In this document: in pieces, positions 9,119 through 18,971 of the stretch
Layout of the letters: the number at the start of each line of letters is the position of its first letter
Numbering within the stretch: the first letter of the stretch is position 1
Source: Candidatus Hydrogenedentota bacterium
GTDB lineage: Bacteria; Hydrogenedentota; Hydrogenedentia; Hydrogenedentales; SLHB01
Assembly: GCA_029974275.1 (NCBI GenBank)
Contig: JARKSN010000312.1
Location: 1-54,598, forward strand
DNA: 54,598 nt
Direction of reading: 5' to 3'
Program-made: the position numbers and the translations under genes
The notes under the pieces: generated by a model
Database searches by the model: none
The model's input: only the letters and a program-made list of their open reading frames with translations
What the model was told of the DNA's origin: nothing

Positions 9119-12100
9119 ATGTCATCCGATCAATTATCTGAACTGAATATTGTCCAGTCGCTTTCCGCTGCGTTGTTGGGCGGGGGGAGTGGTGTGCCGT
9201 GTCTGGTGGAGGTGGTGGGGCCGTGGGGGTGTGGGAAGTCGTTGGTGGCGGTACAGGCGGCGGCGGGGTTGGGACGTCCGGTGTTGTTTGTGGCGGGGGG
9301 GCGGATCGAGAGTGAGGCGGTGTTTGAGGATTTGTGTGCGTTTGCACCGAAGACCGCAAACTTGGTGTTCCCGGCGTGGGAAGTGTTGCCAACGGACCAT
9401 ATGGCGCCGGCCGATGACATCGTCGCGGAACGACTGAATGCGTTGGAACAGATCGCCGCGTCGTCGAAGGAAGGGACGCCGTTTCATCTCGTCGCGCCGG
9501 TGCGGTCGGTGCTGCAGGCGGCGCCGCGTCCGGAACGTCTGACCGCGAACCGCCTCTCGTTGCGCCTGAACACGGAGCGCGATCTCGATGGGCTTCTCGC
9601 GAAACTGACGGAGATGGGCTATGAGCGCGAGCTCATGGTCGAGCAGCGCGGGCAAATGAGCGTGCGCGGCGGCATCTTCGATATCTTCCCGGTGTCGGAA
9701 CCGTTGCCGTATCGCATCGAGTTTTTCGGCGACGAGATCGATTCGATCCGCACCTTCGAACCGGAGACGCAGCGGAGTATCCGGTCGTTGGACGAGATCA
9801 CGATCGGCCCGCGTTCGGAGAAGCCGTTGGTGCTCGATGGCGATGCGGCGCGTGCGCCCGCGACGTTGCTCGATCATTTGCCGCCGGACACGATCGTCGT
9901 GTTCGACGAGCCGCAGGCGTTGGCGGAGGAAGCGGAGGCGGTCGAGCGGGCGTTTGGCGATAGTCCTTATGGGCTGAAGTGGCACGCATTGCGCGAGGCG
10001 GCGCGCCGTTTCCCGAACGTCGCCGTCGCGCAGTTGCCGTTTGCAGGCGAACCAGGCGCGACGCGCCTCAACGTGACGACGCATTCGCTGACGGAGTTGC
10101 AAGGGCGCGTCGAGGATTTCTGGACGCGCTTGCAGGACTGGGACGCCGAGGGCTATACCGTCGCGGTTTTCTGTAACAACACGGGCGAACGTCAGCGCTT
10201 CCTCGAACTCGCCGAGGAAAACGGCTATCGACCCGGCCCGAATGGTTTCCCGCAGTTCGTCCAGATCGGCAGTCCGCGTCCCGGATTCGTGTCGCCCGAC
10301 AACCGGCTCGTAGTGTTGAGCGAGCGCGAAATTTTCGGGCGGAAACATGTCCGCCGCACGCGCCGTCGTTTTGAAGCGGGCGAGTCCATCAGCGGGTTCG
10401 GCGATCTGCGCGCCGGCGATTACGTCGTGCATGTGGTCCACGGCATCGGGCGCTACCTCGGCCTCCGACGCTTCTCTGGCAAGTCCGGCGATTTTCTCGC
10501 GCTGCAATACGCAGGCGGCGACACGCTCTATGTGCCCATCACGCACATCGACATGGTCCAGAAATTTTCGACGGGCGAGGGTGCGCTGCCGAAGATGGAC
10601 CGGATCGGCGGCGCGACGTGGGCCAAGACGAAGGCGCGCGTCAAGAAGGCCGTGAAGGACATGACCGAGGAGCTCGTCACGTTGTACGCTGCGCGGCAAT
10701 CGCGTGAGGGCCACGCGTACACGCCCGACACGCCGTGGCAGACAGAGTTCGAGGACGCCTTCGAATACGACGAGACGCCGGACCAGCTTCGCGCAATTGC
10801 AGAAGTGAAGCGCGACATGCAGTCGACGCGTCCGATGGACCGGCTCGTGTGCGGCGACGTGGGCTTCGGCAAGACGGAGGTCGCGTTGCGTGCGGCATTC
10901 AAGGCGGTGATGGATGGCAAGCAGGTCGTGGTGCTTGCGCCGACCACGGTGCTCGCCGAACAGCATTACCTGACGTTTTCAGAGCGCATGGCGGATTTTC
11001 CCGTGCGGATCGCGATGTTGAGCCGGTTCCGCACGATGAAGGAACAGAAGGAAGCGCTCGAAAAACTCCAGGCAGGCGAGGTCGACATCGTGATTGGCAC
11101 GCACCGCGTCACGTCGAAGGACATGAAGTTCAAGGACCTCGGACTCGTGATCATCGACGAGGAGCAGCGCTTTGGCGTCGCGCAGAAAGAACGCCTCAAA
11201 CACATGCGCACAACCGTCGACACGCTGGTTATGTCCGCCACGCCCATCCCGCGCACATTGAACATGGCATTGCTCGGCGTGCGCGACATGAGCGTCATCA
11301 ACACCGCGCCGAACGACCGGCTGCCGATTCACACGTGCATCGAGAACTTCGACGCAGGGATCGTGAAGGAAGCCATCGAACGCGAACTTGCGCGTGAAGG
11401 CCAGGTGTTTTTCGTGCACAACCGCGTGCAGACCATCCTCCCCGTCGCCGAACTCGTCCACCAACTCGTGCCGCGCGCCCGCGTCGGCGTCGGGCACGGC
11501 CAGATGCACGAACGCGATCTCGAAGACGTCATGACGAAATTCATCCGGCGCGATCTCGACGTGCTCGTATGCACGACGATCATCGGCTCCGGCATCGACA
11601 TTCCCAACGCGAACACGATCATCATCAACAACGCCGACCGCTTCGGGCTGTCCGAGTTGTACCAACTGCGCGGGCGCGTCGGGCGCTACAAACACCGTGC
11701 GTTCGCGTATCTCCTCGTGCCCGGCGACAAGGCCCTCACCGAAGATGCGATGAAACGCCTCAAGGCCCTCGAGGAATTCTCGACGCTCGGATCCGGGTTC
11801 CGCATTGCCATGCGCGACCTCGAGATTCGCGGCTGCGGCAACATCCTCGGCGGCCAACAACACGGGCACATCGAGGCCGTCGGCTTCGACACCTACACGC
11901 AACTCGTCGAGGAGGCCGTCGCCGAACTCAAGGGCGAGCCGATCGTCCGGCGCGTGCTGCCGCCGTTCGACGTCGCCGCCGACGCATTCATTCCCGAGGA
12001 GTACGTGCCGTCCGAGTCGCAGAAAATGACGTTGTACAAACGCATCGCGACGCTCAAAACCGTCGAGGAAGTCGACGAAATGTTCGCCGAACTCGGCGAC

Positions 12101-12403
12101 CGCTTTGGCCGCCCCCCCGCGCCCGTCAAACGCCTGCTCGACATTGTTCGCGTCCGCGCCGCAGCGATTGATCTCGGTGTTACCAAACTCGCCGCCGCAA
12201 AGGGCAAGCTGACCCTCGAATTCGACTCCGCCCACATCCTCGACCGCCGCACCCGCGGCATCCTCATGCAACACCTCGGCGATCGCCTCGCCTTCGCCTG
12301 GCAAAGCACCCCCGCCATGACCATTGCTCTCCCCGAACACGCCCCCGACCCCATCCCCGCTGCATTGGATTTGCTCAAGCAGATCGCGGAAGCGGCAGGA
12401 TAG
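9119..12403 (+). CDS. mfd: Transcription-repair coupling factor Mfd
   Basis: UvrB-like N-module (RGGIFDIFP), CarD/RID domain (GDYVVHVVHGIGRY), CGDVGFGKTEVA, IIDEEQRFGV, SATPIPRT, QLRGRVGR, TRG motif RDLEIRG. Confidence 0.98.
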   Translation: MSSDQLSELNIVQSLSAALLGGGSGVPCLVEVVGPWGCGKSLVAVQAAAGLGRPVLFVAGGRIESEAVFEDLCAFAPKTANLVFPAWEVLPTDHMAPADDIVAERLNALEQIAASSKEGTPFHLVAPVRSVLQAAPRPERLTANRLSLRLNTERDLDGLLAKLTEMGYERELMVEQRGQMSVRGGIFDIFPVSEPLPYRIEFFGDEIDSIRTFEPETQRSIRSLDEITIGPRSEKPLVLDGDAARAPATLLDHLPPDTIVVFDEPQALAEEAEAVERAFGDSPYGLKWHALREAARRFPNVAVAQLPFAGEPGATRLNVTTHSLTELQGRVEDFWTRLQDWDAEGYTVAVFCNNTGERQRFLELAEENGYRPGPNGFPQFVQIGSPRPGFVSPDNRLVVLSEREIFGRKHVRRTRRRFEAGESISGFGDLRAGDYVVHVVHGIGRYLGLRRFSGKSGDFLALQYAGGDTLYVPITHIDMVQKFSTGEGALPKMDRIGGATWAKTKARVKKAVKDMTEELVTLYAARQSREGHAYTPDTPWQTEFEDAFEYDETPDQLRAIAEVKRDMQSTRPMDRLVCGDVGFGKTEVALRAAFKAVMDGKQVVVLAPTTVLAEQHYLTFSERMADFPVRIAMLSRFRTMKEQKEALEKLQAGEVDIVIGTHRVTSKDMKFKDLGLVIIDEEQRFGVAQKERLKHMRTTVDTLVMSATPIPRTLNMALLGVRDMSVINTAPNDRLPIHTCIENFDAGIVKEAIERELAREGQVFFVHNRVQTILPVAELVHQLVPRARVGVGHGQMHERDLEDVMTKFIRRDLDVLVCTTIIGSGIDIPNANTIIINNADRFGLSELYQLRGRVGRYKHRAFAYLLVPGDKALTEDAMKRLKALEEFSTLGSGFRIAMRDLEIRGCGNILGGQQHGHIEAVGFDTYTQLVEEAVAELKGEPIVRRVLPPFDVAADAFIPEEYVPSESQKMTLYKRIATLKTVEEVDEMFAELGDRFGRPPAPVKRLLDIVRVRAAAIDLGVTKLAAAKGKLTLEFDSAHILDRRTRGILMQHLGDRLAFAWQSTPAMTIALPEHAPDPIPAALDLLKQIAEAAG

Positions 12404-12500
12404 ATAGCAACGAAACTCGCTCTTCAGATCGGGTTGCGCCGAGGGCGCGTGATCTATAGCATGGGGCGAGAGCGCTTGTGCGGCTATGGGGATGCAATGA

Positions 12501-13721
12501 ATGCTGAAAGGACCGAGCGTGCTCCTGGGCGGCGTTCCGTTTGGGTGCGACAATGTAGGCGACGAGGCGATCCTCGAATGTGCGGTGCGCATTTTCCGCG
12601 AGGTCTGTCCGCGATGTAAGTTGACCGTCGCCACCGGAGATCCCCGGAACACCTCGGCCAAGCTCGATGTGCGCACGTGTGAGTTGCTGGGGTTTGTTCC
12701 CGCGCAGGACCCGAGACGCTTGGAGTCGATCCTGCGCGAGCATGATGTTTTCGTATGGTGCGGCGCAACGGGCCTATCGGACTATCCCGAAACCCCGGCC
12801 CGCCTCATGTTGACGGCGCAGCGGGCCGGCCTCAAAACCATCGTGTGGGGCGTCGGCATGAACGACGAACTCAATCCGGCCTTGTACCGCTTGACTTCGG
12901 GCAGACGCCGCGCCGTGCTGACGTGGCTGCGACGCGGCTCGTTCGGCTTGTTCGATGCCGTGGGCCATGCGGAGCGGCGGCGTGCGCGGCGCGCGCGCAC
13001 AGCCATAGCCCAATCGCTCAACGCGGCCGATCTGGTTGTGGCGCGGGATCCTGAAACCAAGGAGGAGATTCGGCGATGCGGCGCGACGTGCGCGGTGACC
13101 GTAGGCGCCGATTCCGCACTGACGCTTGACCCCGAGCCGGTGGAGAGCATTTCCTTGCCTTCGCCGGTGCGGAGGCTGTTGGAAATGGACATGCGCAAGA
13201 TCGGGGTCTGCATCTCGGCGCAACGGAGGGTGACGGACCGGACCCGACTCATTGAGACCTTGAATCGCTTGTGCGCGGACAACGCCGCATGCATTCTTTT
13301 CATTCCCATGAATCCGATTACGGACGCGGAGTTGATGCGCGACCTCCATGCGGGCATGGCGTTTCCGGAACGCGCCGCTCTCTTGGAAGGACGGTATGCG
13401 CCTGCGGAGGTTCTCGCGGTAACGGCGCAGATGAATCTGATCGTAAGCAGCCGCCTGCATTTGCTCATCTTTGCTTCCCTGGCGGATGTGCCCATGATCG
13501 GCGTGAGTCGCGGGTCGAAAGTGGACAGTTTTTTGCGCCCAATGGGGCTGAAATCCGCCGGAAGCGCCGAGGAATGCGACTTCGCCTTTCTCGAGGCGGA
13601 GGCAACCCGACTGCTCGAGCACAGCGAGGAATTCGCGCAGACGTGCCGGGAAAACCGATCTCGTCTGCTCGATCGACTGACCCGCGCCAAGCAACGTCTG
13701 CGGGAGACGATCGCCCCATGA
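12501..13721 (+). CDS. Polysaccharide pyruvyl transferase family protein
   Basis: FGCDNVGDEAIL, VWGVGM, VARDPET, SSRLHLLIFA motifs. Confidence 0.85.
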   Translation: MLKGPSVLLGGVPFGCDNVGDEAILECAVRIFREVCPRCKLTVATGDPRNTSAKLDVRTCELLGFVPAQDPRRLESILREHDVFVWCGATGLSDYPETPARLMLTAQRAGLKTIVWGVGMNDELNPALYRLTSGRRRAVLTWLRRGSFGLFDAVGHAERRRARRARTAIAQSLNAADLVVARDPETKEEIRRCGATCAVTVGADSALTLDPEPVESISLPSPVRRLLEMDMRKIGVCISAQRRVTDRTRLIETLNRLCADNAACILFIPMNPITDAELMRDLHAGMAFPERAALLEGRYAPAEVLAVTAQMNLIVSSRLHLLIFASLADVPMIGVSRGSKVDSFLRPMGLKSAGSAEECDFAFLEAEATRLLEHSEEFAQTCRENRSRLLDRLTRAKQRLRETIAP

Positions 13722-14962
13722 ACCCTATCCATTCCGTACAGGTGCCCCGCCGCTTTGTGCGCCATGAATGGGGCGGCACCGAAACCGTGGTCTTCGAGAC
13801 CAGCAAACGGCTTGTCGCCATGGGCAACGACTGCGAAATCATCTGCCCCAACGCCTTGGCGGAGCAAAATTACGAGTTTATGGAAGGCATCCGCATTATG
13901 CGCACGCCTTATTTTTACCCCTATTGGGGCCTTAGCGAGGAGAGCCGTCGGCAACTCGACAAGAAGGGGGGCAATATGTTCTCCTTCAGCCTGCTCAACC
14001 TCCTGCTGCACATCCCCGCGTTGCACATCATCCACCTGCATACCGGAAACCGCATTGGAGGCATCGGCCGTTTCGCGGCGCGGCGACGGCGCATTCCGTA
14101 TCTGATTTCGTTGCACGGGGGCATGTTCGACATGCCCAAGGACGAAGCGGCCTCCTTGACCGCGCCCGCCCGCGGATCCTTTGAATGGGGCAAGGCCTTG
14201 GGATGGTGCGTGGGATCGCGGCGCGTATTGGACGATGCTGCGGCGATTGTGTGCGTCGGCAAGGGCGAGCAGTTGCTTGTCCAACGCCGATACCCCAACA
14301 AACGGGTGGAGTATTTGCCCAACGGCGTCGATCTGACGAAGTTTCGAGCGGGCGACGGGGCCCGGTTCCGTCGCGCACACGACATCCCCCCCGATGCTCG
14401 CCTATACATGACGGTGGGCCGGATCGACCCGCAGAAAAATCAGGCGACGGCCATCCAAGCCCTGCGCATCTTGCGCGAAACGCAACCGAACGCGCACTGG
14501 GCGTTTATGGGGCCCGTCACGAACGAAACCTATCGCCAATCCTTGCTCCGCGATATCCGCGAATCGGGTCTCGAAAACGTCGTGCGCATGATTCCCGGAG
14601 TCTCGCAAGGCGATCCGGCCCTATGCGACGCATACCGCGCCGCCGACGTCTTCGTGCTGCCGTCCATTCATGAGCCCTTCGGCATCGTCGTGCTCGAAGC
14701 GTGGGCGGCGGGGCTTCCTGTCATCGCCGCGAACGTGGGCGGAGTGCCTCACGTGATCACGCACGGCGAAGAGGGGCTTCTCTTCGATCCCCGCGATCCG
14801 TATTCGCTAGCGCAGACGTGCCGCGATCTCACGCCCGAACACGCCCGCCGCCTCGCGGAAAAAGGCCGCGCCAAGGCCGAACGCGAATTCACGTGGGACA
14901 TCATCGCAGCGCGTCTGCTGAAGATTTACGAAGAGGTGATCGATGCGTATCCTGTTCGTTAA
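13718..14962 (+). CDS. Glycosyltransferase family 4 (GT-B)
   Basis: ATGA overlap at 13718; WGGTETVV, VGRIDPQKNQ, FVLPSIHEPFGIVVLEAWAAGLPVIA (EX7E). Confidence 0.92.
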   Translation: MNPIHSVQVPRRFVRHEWGGTETVVFETSKRLVAMGNDCEIICPNALAEQNYEFMEGIRIMRTPYFYPYWGLSEESRRQLDKKGGNMFSFSLLNLLLHIPALHIIHLHTGNRIGGIGRFAARRRRIPYLISLHGGMFDMPKDEAASLTAPARGSFEWGKALGWCVGSRRVLDDAAAIVCVGKGEQLLVQRRYPNKRVEYLPNGVDLTKFRAGDGARFRRAHDIPPDARLYMTVGRIDPQKNQATAIQALRILRETQPNAHWAFMGPVTNETYRQSLLRDIRESGLENVVRMIPGVSQGDPALCDAYRAADVFVLPSIHEPFGIVVLEAWAAGLPVIAANVGGVPHVITHGEEGLLFDPRDPYSLAQTCRDLTPEHARRLAEKGRAKAEREFTWDIIAARLLKIYEEVIDAYPVR

Positions 14963-16157
14963 CGAGCGGCTGGGCCACTTCGGCGGCGTCGAGCAGAACG
15001 TGGCCCTGACGGCGGCCGCCCTTCGCGCACGAGGCCACGCCTGTTTCCTCGCGTACGGCATGCGCACCGGTCGCGACGAAGCGACCTACGCCGAATCCTT
15101 TGACGGCTGCTACGCGTGCGCCGATCTCGCCGCGAACGCTTCCGTAGCGGACGCGCGCGCAATGCCAGACATCCTGGAAAAAACGACGCCGCATGCGATC
15201 TATGTCCACAAAGCGCCGCGCATCGCGCCGTTTACAGCGTTTCAAGGCGCCGTGCGGGTGGTCCGCATGGTGCACGATCACGATCTATGCTGTCCTCGCA
15301 GCTACAAATATTACGCGTGGAATGGCGTCATCTGCCAGCACCCTGCCGGGTGGCGATGCTGGCTGGACGCCGCCTTCGCGGCTCGCGACCGGACATCTCC
15401 CTTCGGGATTCGGTGGGTAAGCATTTCGCAGCGCATCGCGGAAATGCGGGCCAACTGGGGACTCGACGCCCTCTTGGCAGGCAGTCGCTTCATGCGCCAT
15501 GAGCTTATCCAGAACGGATTCCCCCCCGAGCGGGTCCACATTGTTCCTCCTTGCGTACACGATCAGAAAGAACCGGCCACGCCGGTCCCCGAGGCGCCCA
15601 ACATTCTCTATGTCGGGCAATTTCTGCGCGGCAAAGGGGTGGATCTCCTGTTGCAGGCCTTGGCGCGCCTCAAGACGCCGTTCCAGGCGCGTTTGGCAGG
15701 CGTGGGCAACGCTGAAACGTCGCTGCGACGCCTGTGCGCCGATCTCGGCCTGGCGCACAACGTCTCGTTCGTCGGCTGGCTGGACAATGAGGGTCTGAAC
15801 TCGCTATACCAATGGGCGAAAATCGTGGCGGTCCCGTCGCGATGGGCCGAACCCTTCGGCATGGTCGGAATCGAAGCCATGCAACGGGGCAGGCCGGTTG
15901 TCGCCTTCGACGTTGGCGGCATCCCCGATTGGCTGACTGACGGCGAGACCGGCTTGCTCGTTCGCGAACTCGACCCGGCCTGCCTGGCCGCCGCGATCGA
16001 GACCTTGCTGAACGATGCGCCGCGGGCTGCGGATATGGGGCGAAACGCCCGGGAACATGTCGCCCGGCGGTTTGGATTTGCGCAGTATGTGGACTCGATC
16101 GAACGGCATCTGGGCGCACACGACCCCTGCAGGAGCAACCTATGCGGATCGGCGTGA
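14943..16157 (+). CDS. Glycosyltransferase family 4 (GT-B)
   Basis: MRILFVN..GGVEQ, YVGQFLRGKGVD, VPSRWAEPFGMVGIEAMQRGRPVVAF; Cys-rich insert (HDLCCP...CQHPAGWRC). Confidence 0.92.
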   Translation: MRILFVNERLGHFGGVEQNVALTAAALRARGHACFLAYGMRTGRDEATYAESFDGCYACADLAANASVADARAMPDILEKTTPHAIYVHKAPRIAPFTAFQGAVRVVRMVHDHDLCCPRSYKYYAWNGVICQHPAGWRCWLDAAFAARDRTSPFGIRWVSISQRIAEMRANWGLDALLAGSRFMRHELIQNGFPPERVHIVPPCVHDQKEPATPVPEAPNILYVGQFLRGKGVDLLLQALARLKTPFQARLAGVGNAETSLRRLCADLGLAHNVSFVGWLDNEGLNSLYQWAKIVAVPSRWAEPFGMVGIEAMQRGRPVVAFDVGGIPDWLTDGETGLLVRELDPACLAAAIETLLNDAPRAADMGRNAREHVARRFGFAQYVDSIERHLGAHDPCRSNLCGSA

Positions 16158-17314
16158 CAACATTCGGCGGCGACAGCGGAAAATCCGGCATCAGCCAATA
16201 CATGTCGCACCTGCTCCAACGGTTTCCCGCCATCGCGCCGGACATCGAGTTCGAAGTCATCCTGTACAAGGATGAGACGGACATGTTCCTGGAAGGCGTG
16301 ACCGGAGCCGGCGTTTGTCACGCCTGCGAGTTGTTTCGCCCTCCCACCCTCAACCTTCTCTGGCACCAGATCGGCTTGCCGCTGCTATGCGTCCGACGCG
16401 GCTACGACCTGCTCTTCATCCCGGCGGGCAACCGCCGGCTTCCGTTCTGGACGCCGTGCCCCATCGTGGCGAACGTCATGGACTTGTCGGCGCTGCATAT
16501 CGCCGGAAAATACGATCGGCTTCACTCGTTCTACAACCTGCGCGTTCTCCCAATGCTCATTCGCCGGTTGACGGGCATCCTGACGCTTAGCGAGAGCAGC
16601 AAACAGGACATCATCGAGTACGTCGGCGCGCCCGAGGAATCCATTTGCGTAGTGCCGCTCGCCGCGGACCCTGTCCGCTATTTCCCGAGCGACAAGCAAG
16701 AAGCGCAGCAGCGCATACGGCAACGGTACGGCGTCGAGCCGCCGTATATCCTGTACATCTCGCGCATCGAGCACCCCGGCAAAAACCACGTGCGCCTGAT
16801 TCGCGCCTTTGAAAAGATCAAAACCGCAGACCGCCTGCCCCATCGTCTCGTAATCGCCGGTAGCGACTGGACCCGAGCCGAGGAGGTCCACCGCCAAGCC
16901 GAGGCCTCTCCGTGCCGACAGGATATCGTATTCACGGGCTTCGCGCCCCAGTCCGATCTGCCCGACCTGTATCGTGGAGCCGACGTGTTCTGTTTTCCTT
17001 CCCTCTTTGAAGGTTTCGGCATGCCCGTGCTGGAGGCCATGGCATGCGGCACGCCCGTCGCCTGTTCGAACTGCTCCTCCATTCCCGAAGTGGCAGGCAA
17101 CGCCGGCGTCCTCTTCGATCCGCTCAGCGAAGAGTCCATCGCCGAAGCCTTGTCCGACCTTCTCGCCCACGAAGACAAACGCCAACGCTGCCGCGAGGAG
17201 GGAATTGCGCGAAGCAAGGAATACAGTTGGGAAAACACGGCCTCGCGCACCATCGAAGCCCTGTTGCGATTCGCCCGGCAACCGTCCGGTTCAACGCGCC
17301 ATCGGCCTCGGTAG
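16142..17314 (+). CDS. Glycosyltransferase family 4 (mannosyltransferase-like subgroup)
   Basis: SGISQY, SRIEHPGKN, FPSLFEGFGMPVLEAMACGTPV, YSWENTA. Confidence 0.92.
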   Translation: MRIGVTTFGGDSGKSGISQYMSHLLQRFPAIAPDIEFEVILYKDETDMFLEGVTGAGVCHACELFRPPTLNLLWHQIGLPLLCVRRGYDLLFIPAGNRRLPFWTPCPIVANVMDLSALHIAGKYDRLHSFYNLRVLPMLIRRLTGILTLSESSKQDIIEYVGAPEESICVVPLAADPVRYFPSDKQEAQQRIRQRYGVEPPYILYISRIEHPGKNHVRLIRAFEKIKTADRLPHRLVIAGSDWTRAEEVHRQAEASPCRQDIVFTGFAPQSDLPDLYRGADVFCFPSLFEGFGMPVLEAMACGTPVACSNCSSIPEVAGNAGVLFDPLSEESIAEALSDLLAHEDKRQRCREEGIARSKEYSWENTASRTIEALLRFARQPSGSTRHRPR

Positions 17315-18835
17315 GCGGGAAGAAGAAATCGCCCGCGCCGCCGCAGGCGAAACCAGCGAACGGCCTCCTGGGGACTCCGGCGCGCCTCCTTGAGATTCGG
17401 CGCGCCGTTTCTCGGACAGGCGAGCGTGTTCTTCAATCGCCAGATGCCGCATCGAAACGGTCATCGCCATTAGAAACCAGTACGGCTCCATCACGCGAAT
17501 GATGAGAAAGGAAATCGTTCCCGCCGAATGCACCATCAGCCCCATCGTCACCGCGAACGTTCCCAGGGCAAGCCCCTTGACCACCCAGTCCCGCGACCAG
17601 CGATAGCCCTCGTACGCGGTGCGCACTAGCCGGAATTGGAGGAAAAGAAACGCGGCCATCCCAATCAGGCCGGTTTCAATAATTACGCGAGCATACTGAC
17701 TATCCAACACGGTGTCCCAGCCAACCCCTCCCCCGAGCCACGGCCAGACATGCAGGTTGTATTGCACCTTCTTCCACACGTAAATGCGCTCATACGTCGA
17801 TTTGTCCACTTGAATCCCCGTGCTCATGCCCCCGACGGTGACGTGCTCGCCATCGGGCTGGAAGGTGTAGTTCACCCGCCGGGTGACGTCCTCGGGCATA
17901 AGGAAAGGAGACGAGACCAGCACCGCACACAGCACGGACGCCAGCAGCACGCTTCGCTTGGCGATAGTTAGCGCCAACACGGCGCACAACATCGCCAGGT
18001 AGGAGGCGCGCGAAAGCGTATACAGGAAGGGAATAAAGGCAACGCATGCGATCAGCCCCAAGATCGCCTTCGCGGCCTTCGTCCGGGCGTGCAACAACAG
18101 CGACAGGGCCATCACCATCACTATCATCAAATAGCCGCCCAGCGTATTGGGCTCCGTATCGCCCAACTCGAACGGAGCGCCAACGCGCGCTTCCTTGCCC
18201 ACCATCGCAATGCCGTACGCCGCCACAATCATGGCCGTGACGAAGAAAACAGCCAATTGACGCCGGACTTGCCGCGAATCGCGAATGGCCGTGCCCACGA
18301 GAAAGAAAATCATATAGAACTCCGCCATCTTGAGCATCACGAAAAAGGCGGCCTTCCGGTCCCACATGGGCACGCCGCGCTGCAAGGCGAGAAGACAGGA
18401 AACAAGCGCTATGGCGTAATAGATCAAAATGGCGACGTTGATGGGACTGGGCAGAAAAAAACGCCGCCGCCCTTCGAACGCCTGCTTCACCATAACCCCC
18501 AAAAAGATGACGGCAATGAGCACGTCGTCGTAGCGCATGGTGATGTTGCGCCAGCCGCCGCCCCCTCCGCGAACCGTGCCGCTTGATATCTCGGGCGACA
18601 GCAGCATGGCGATGACGAGAACGTAGACGCCGAGTTCGACGCGCAGCACGGTCGCTGCAAACACGAACATGCTGACGCCTACGGCGATGGTGATGTGGGG
18701 AACTTGCACGTAGACGTGAAGAACAAACAGACTCAGGGCCGAAAAGACCACAAAAAGCGCGAAAAAAGGAGCCTCGACGCGGCTTTCCGGCGTCTCTCCG
18801 CGACCAATTTTGTATTCGGATCGAAACAATCCCAC
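17291..18835 (-). CDS. Wzy polymerase / O-antigen ligase family polytopic membrane protein
   Basis: Roughly a dozen hydrophobic segments; EPNTLGGYL, YTLSRASYLA, STYERIYVW, WLGGGVG, DSQYARVIIETGLIG match the Wzy_C/O-antigen ligase pattern. Confidence 0.85.
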   Translation of the reverse strand: MGLFRSEYKIGRGETPESRVEAPFFALFVVFSALSLFVLHVYVQVPHITIAVGVSMFVFAATVLRVELGVYVLVIAMLLSPEISSGTVRGGGGGWRNITMRYDDVLIAVIFLGVMVKQAFEGRRRFFLPSPINVAILIYYAIALVSCLLALQRGVPMWDRKAAFFVMLKMAEFYMIFFLVGTAIRDSRQVRRQLAVFFVTAMIVAAYGIAMVGKEARVGAPFELGDTEPNTLGGYLMIVMVMALSLLLHARTKAAKAILGLIACVAFIPFLYTLSRASYLAMLCAVLALTIAKRSVLLASVLCAVLVSSPFLMPEDVTRRVNYTFQPDGEHVTVGGMSTGIQVDKSTYERIYVWKKVQYNLHVWPWLGGGVGWDTVLDSQYARVIIETGLIGMAAFLFLQFRLVRTAYEGYRWSRDWVVKGLALGTFAVTMGLMVHSAGTISFLIIRVMEPYWFLMAMTVSMRHLAIEEHARLSEKRRAESQGGAPESPGGRSLVSPAAARAISSSRLPRPMAR

Positions 18836-18971
18836 GAATCAGTCCACTCGTCGGCGCGAGGCCCTTGAAACGCCGGTTCCGCCATGTCCCGCACGGTTGC
18901 CGCTTCTGGTTCGCGGCGCGCGCACCAGGCGTGATGACGATGTTGCAGCAAAGCGTTTGCGGGAATTCGCC

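Noticed and set aside
9134..12676. Long - strand ORFs of 610 and 565 aa
   Set aside because: Antisense to the clearly genuine mfd.
13271..13717. 149-aa N-terminal extension of the first GT4 in the ORF track
   Set aside because: Overlaps the pyruvyltransferase; the ATGA-coupled start at 13718 gives a normal GT-B protein.
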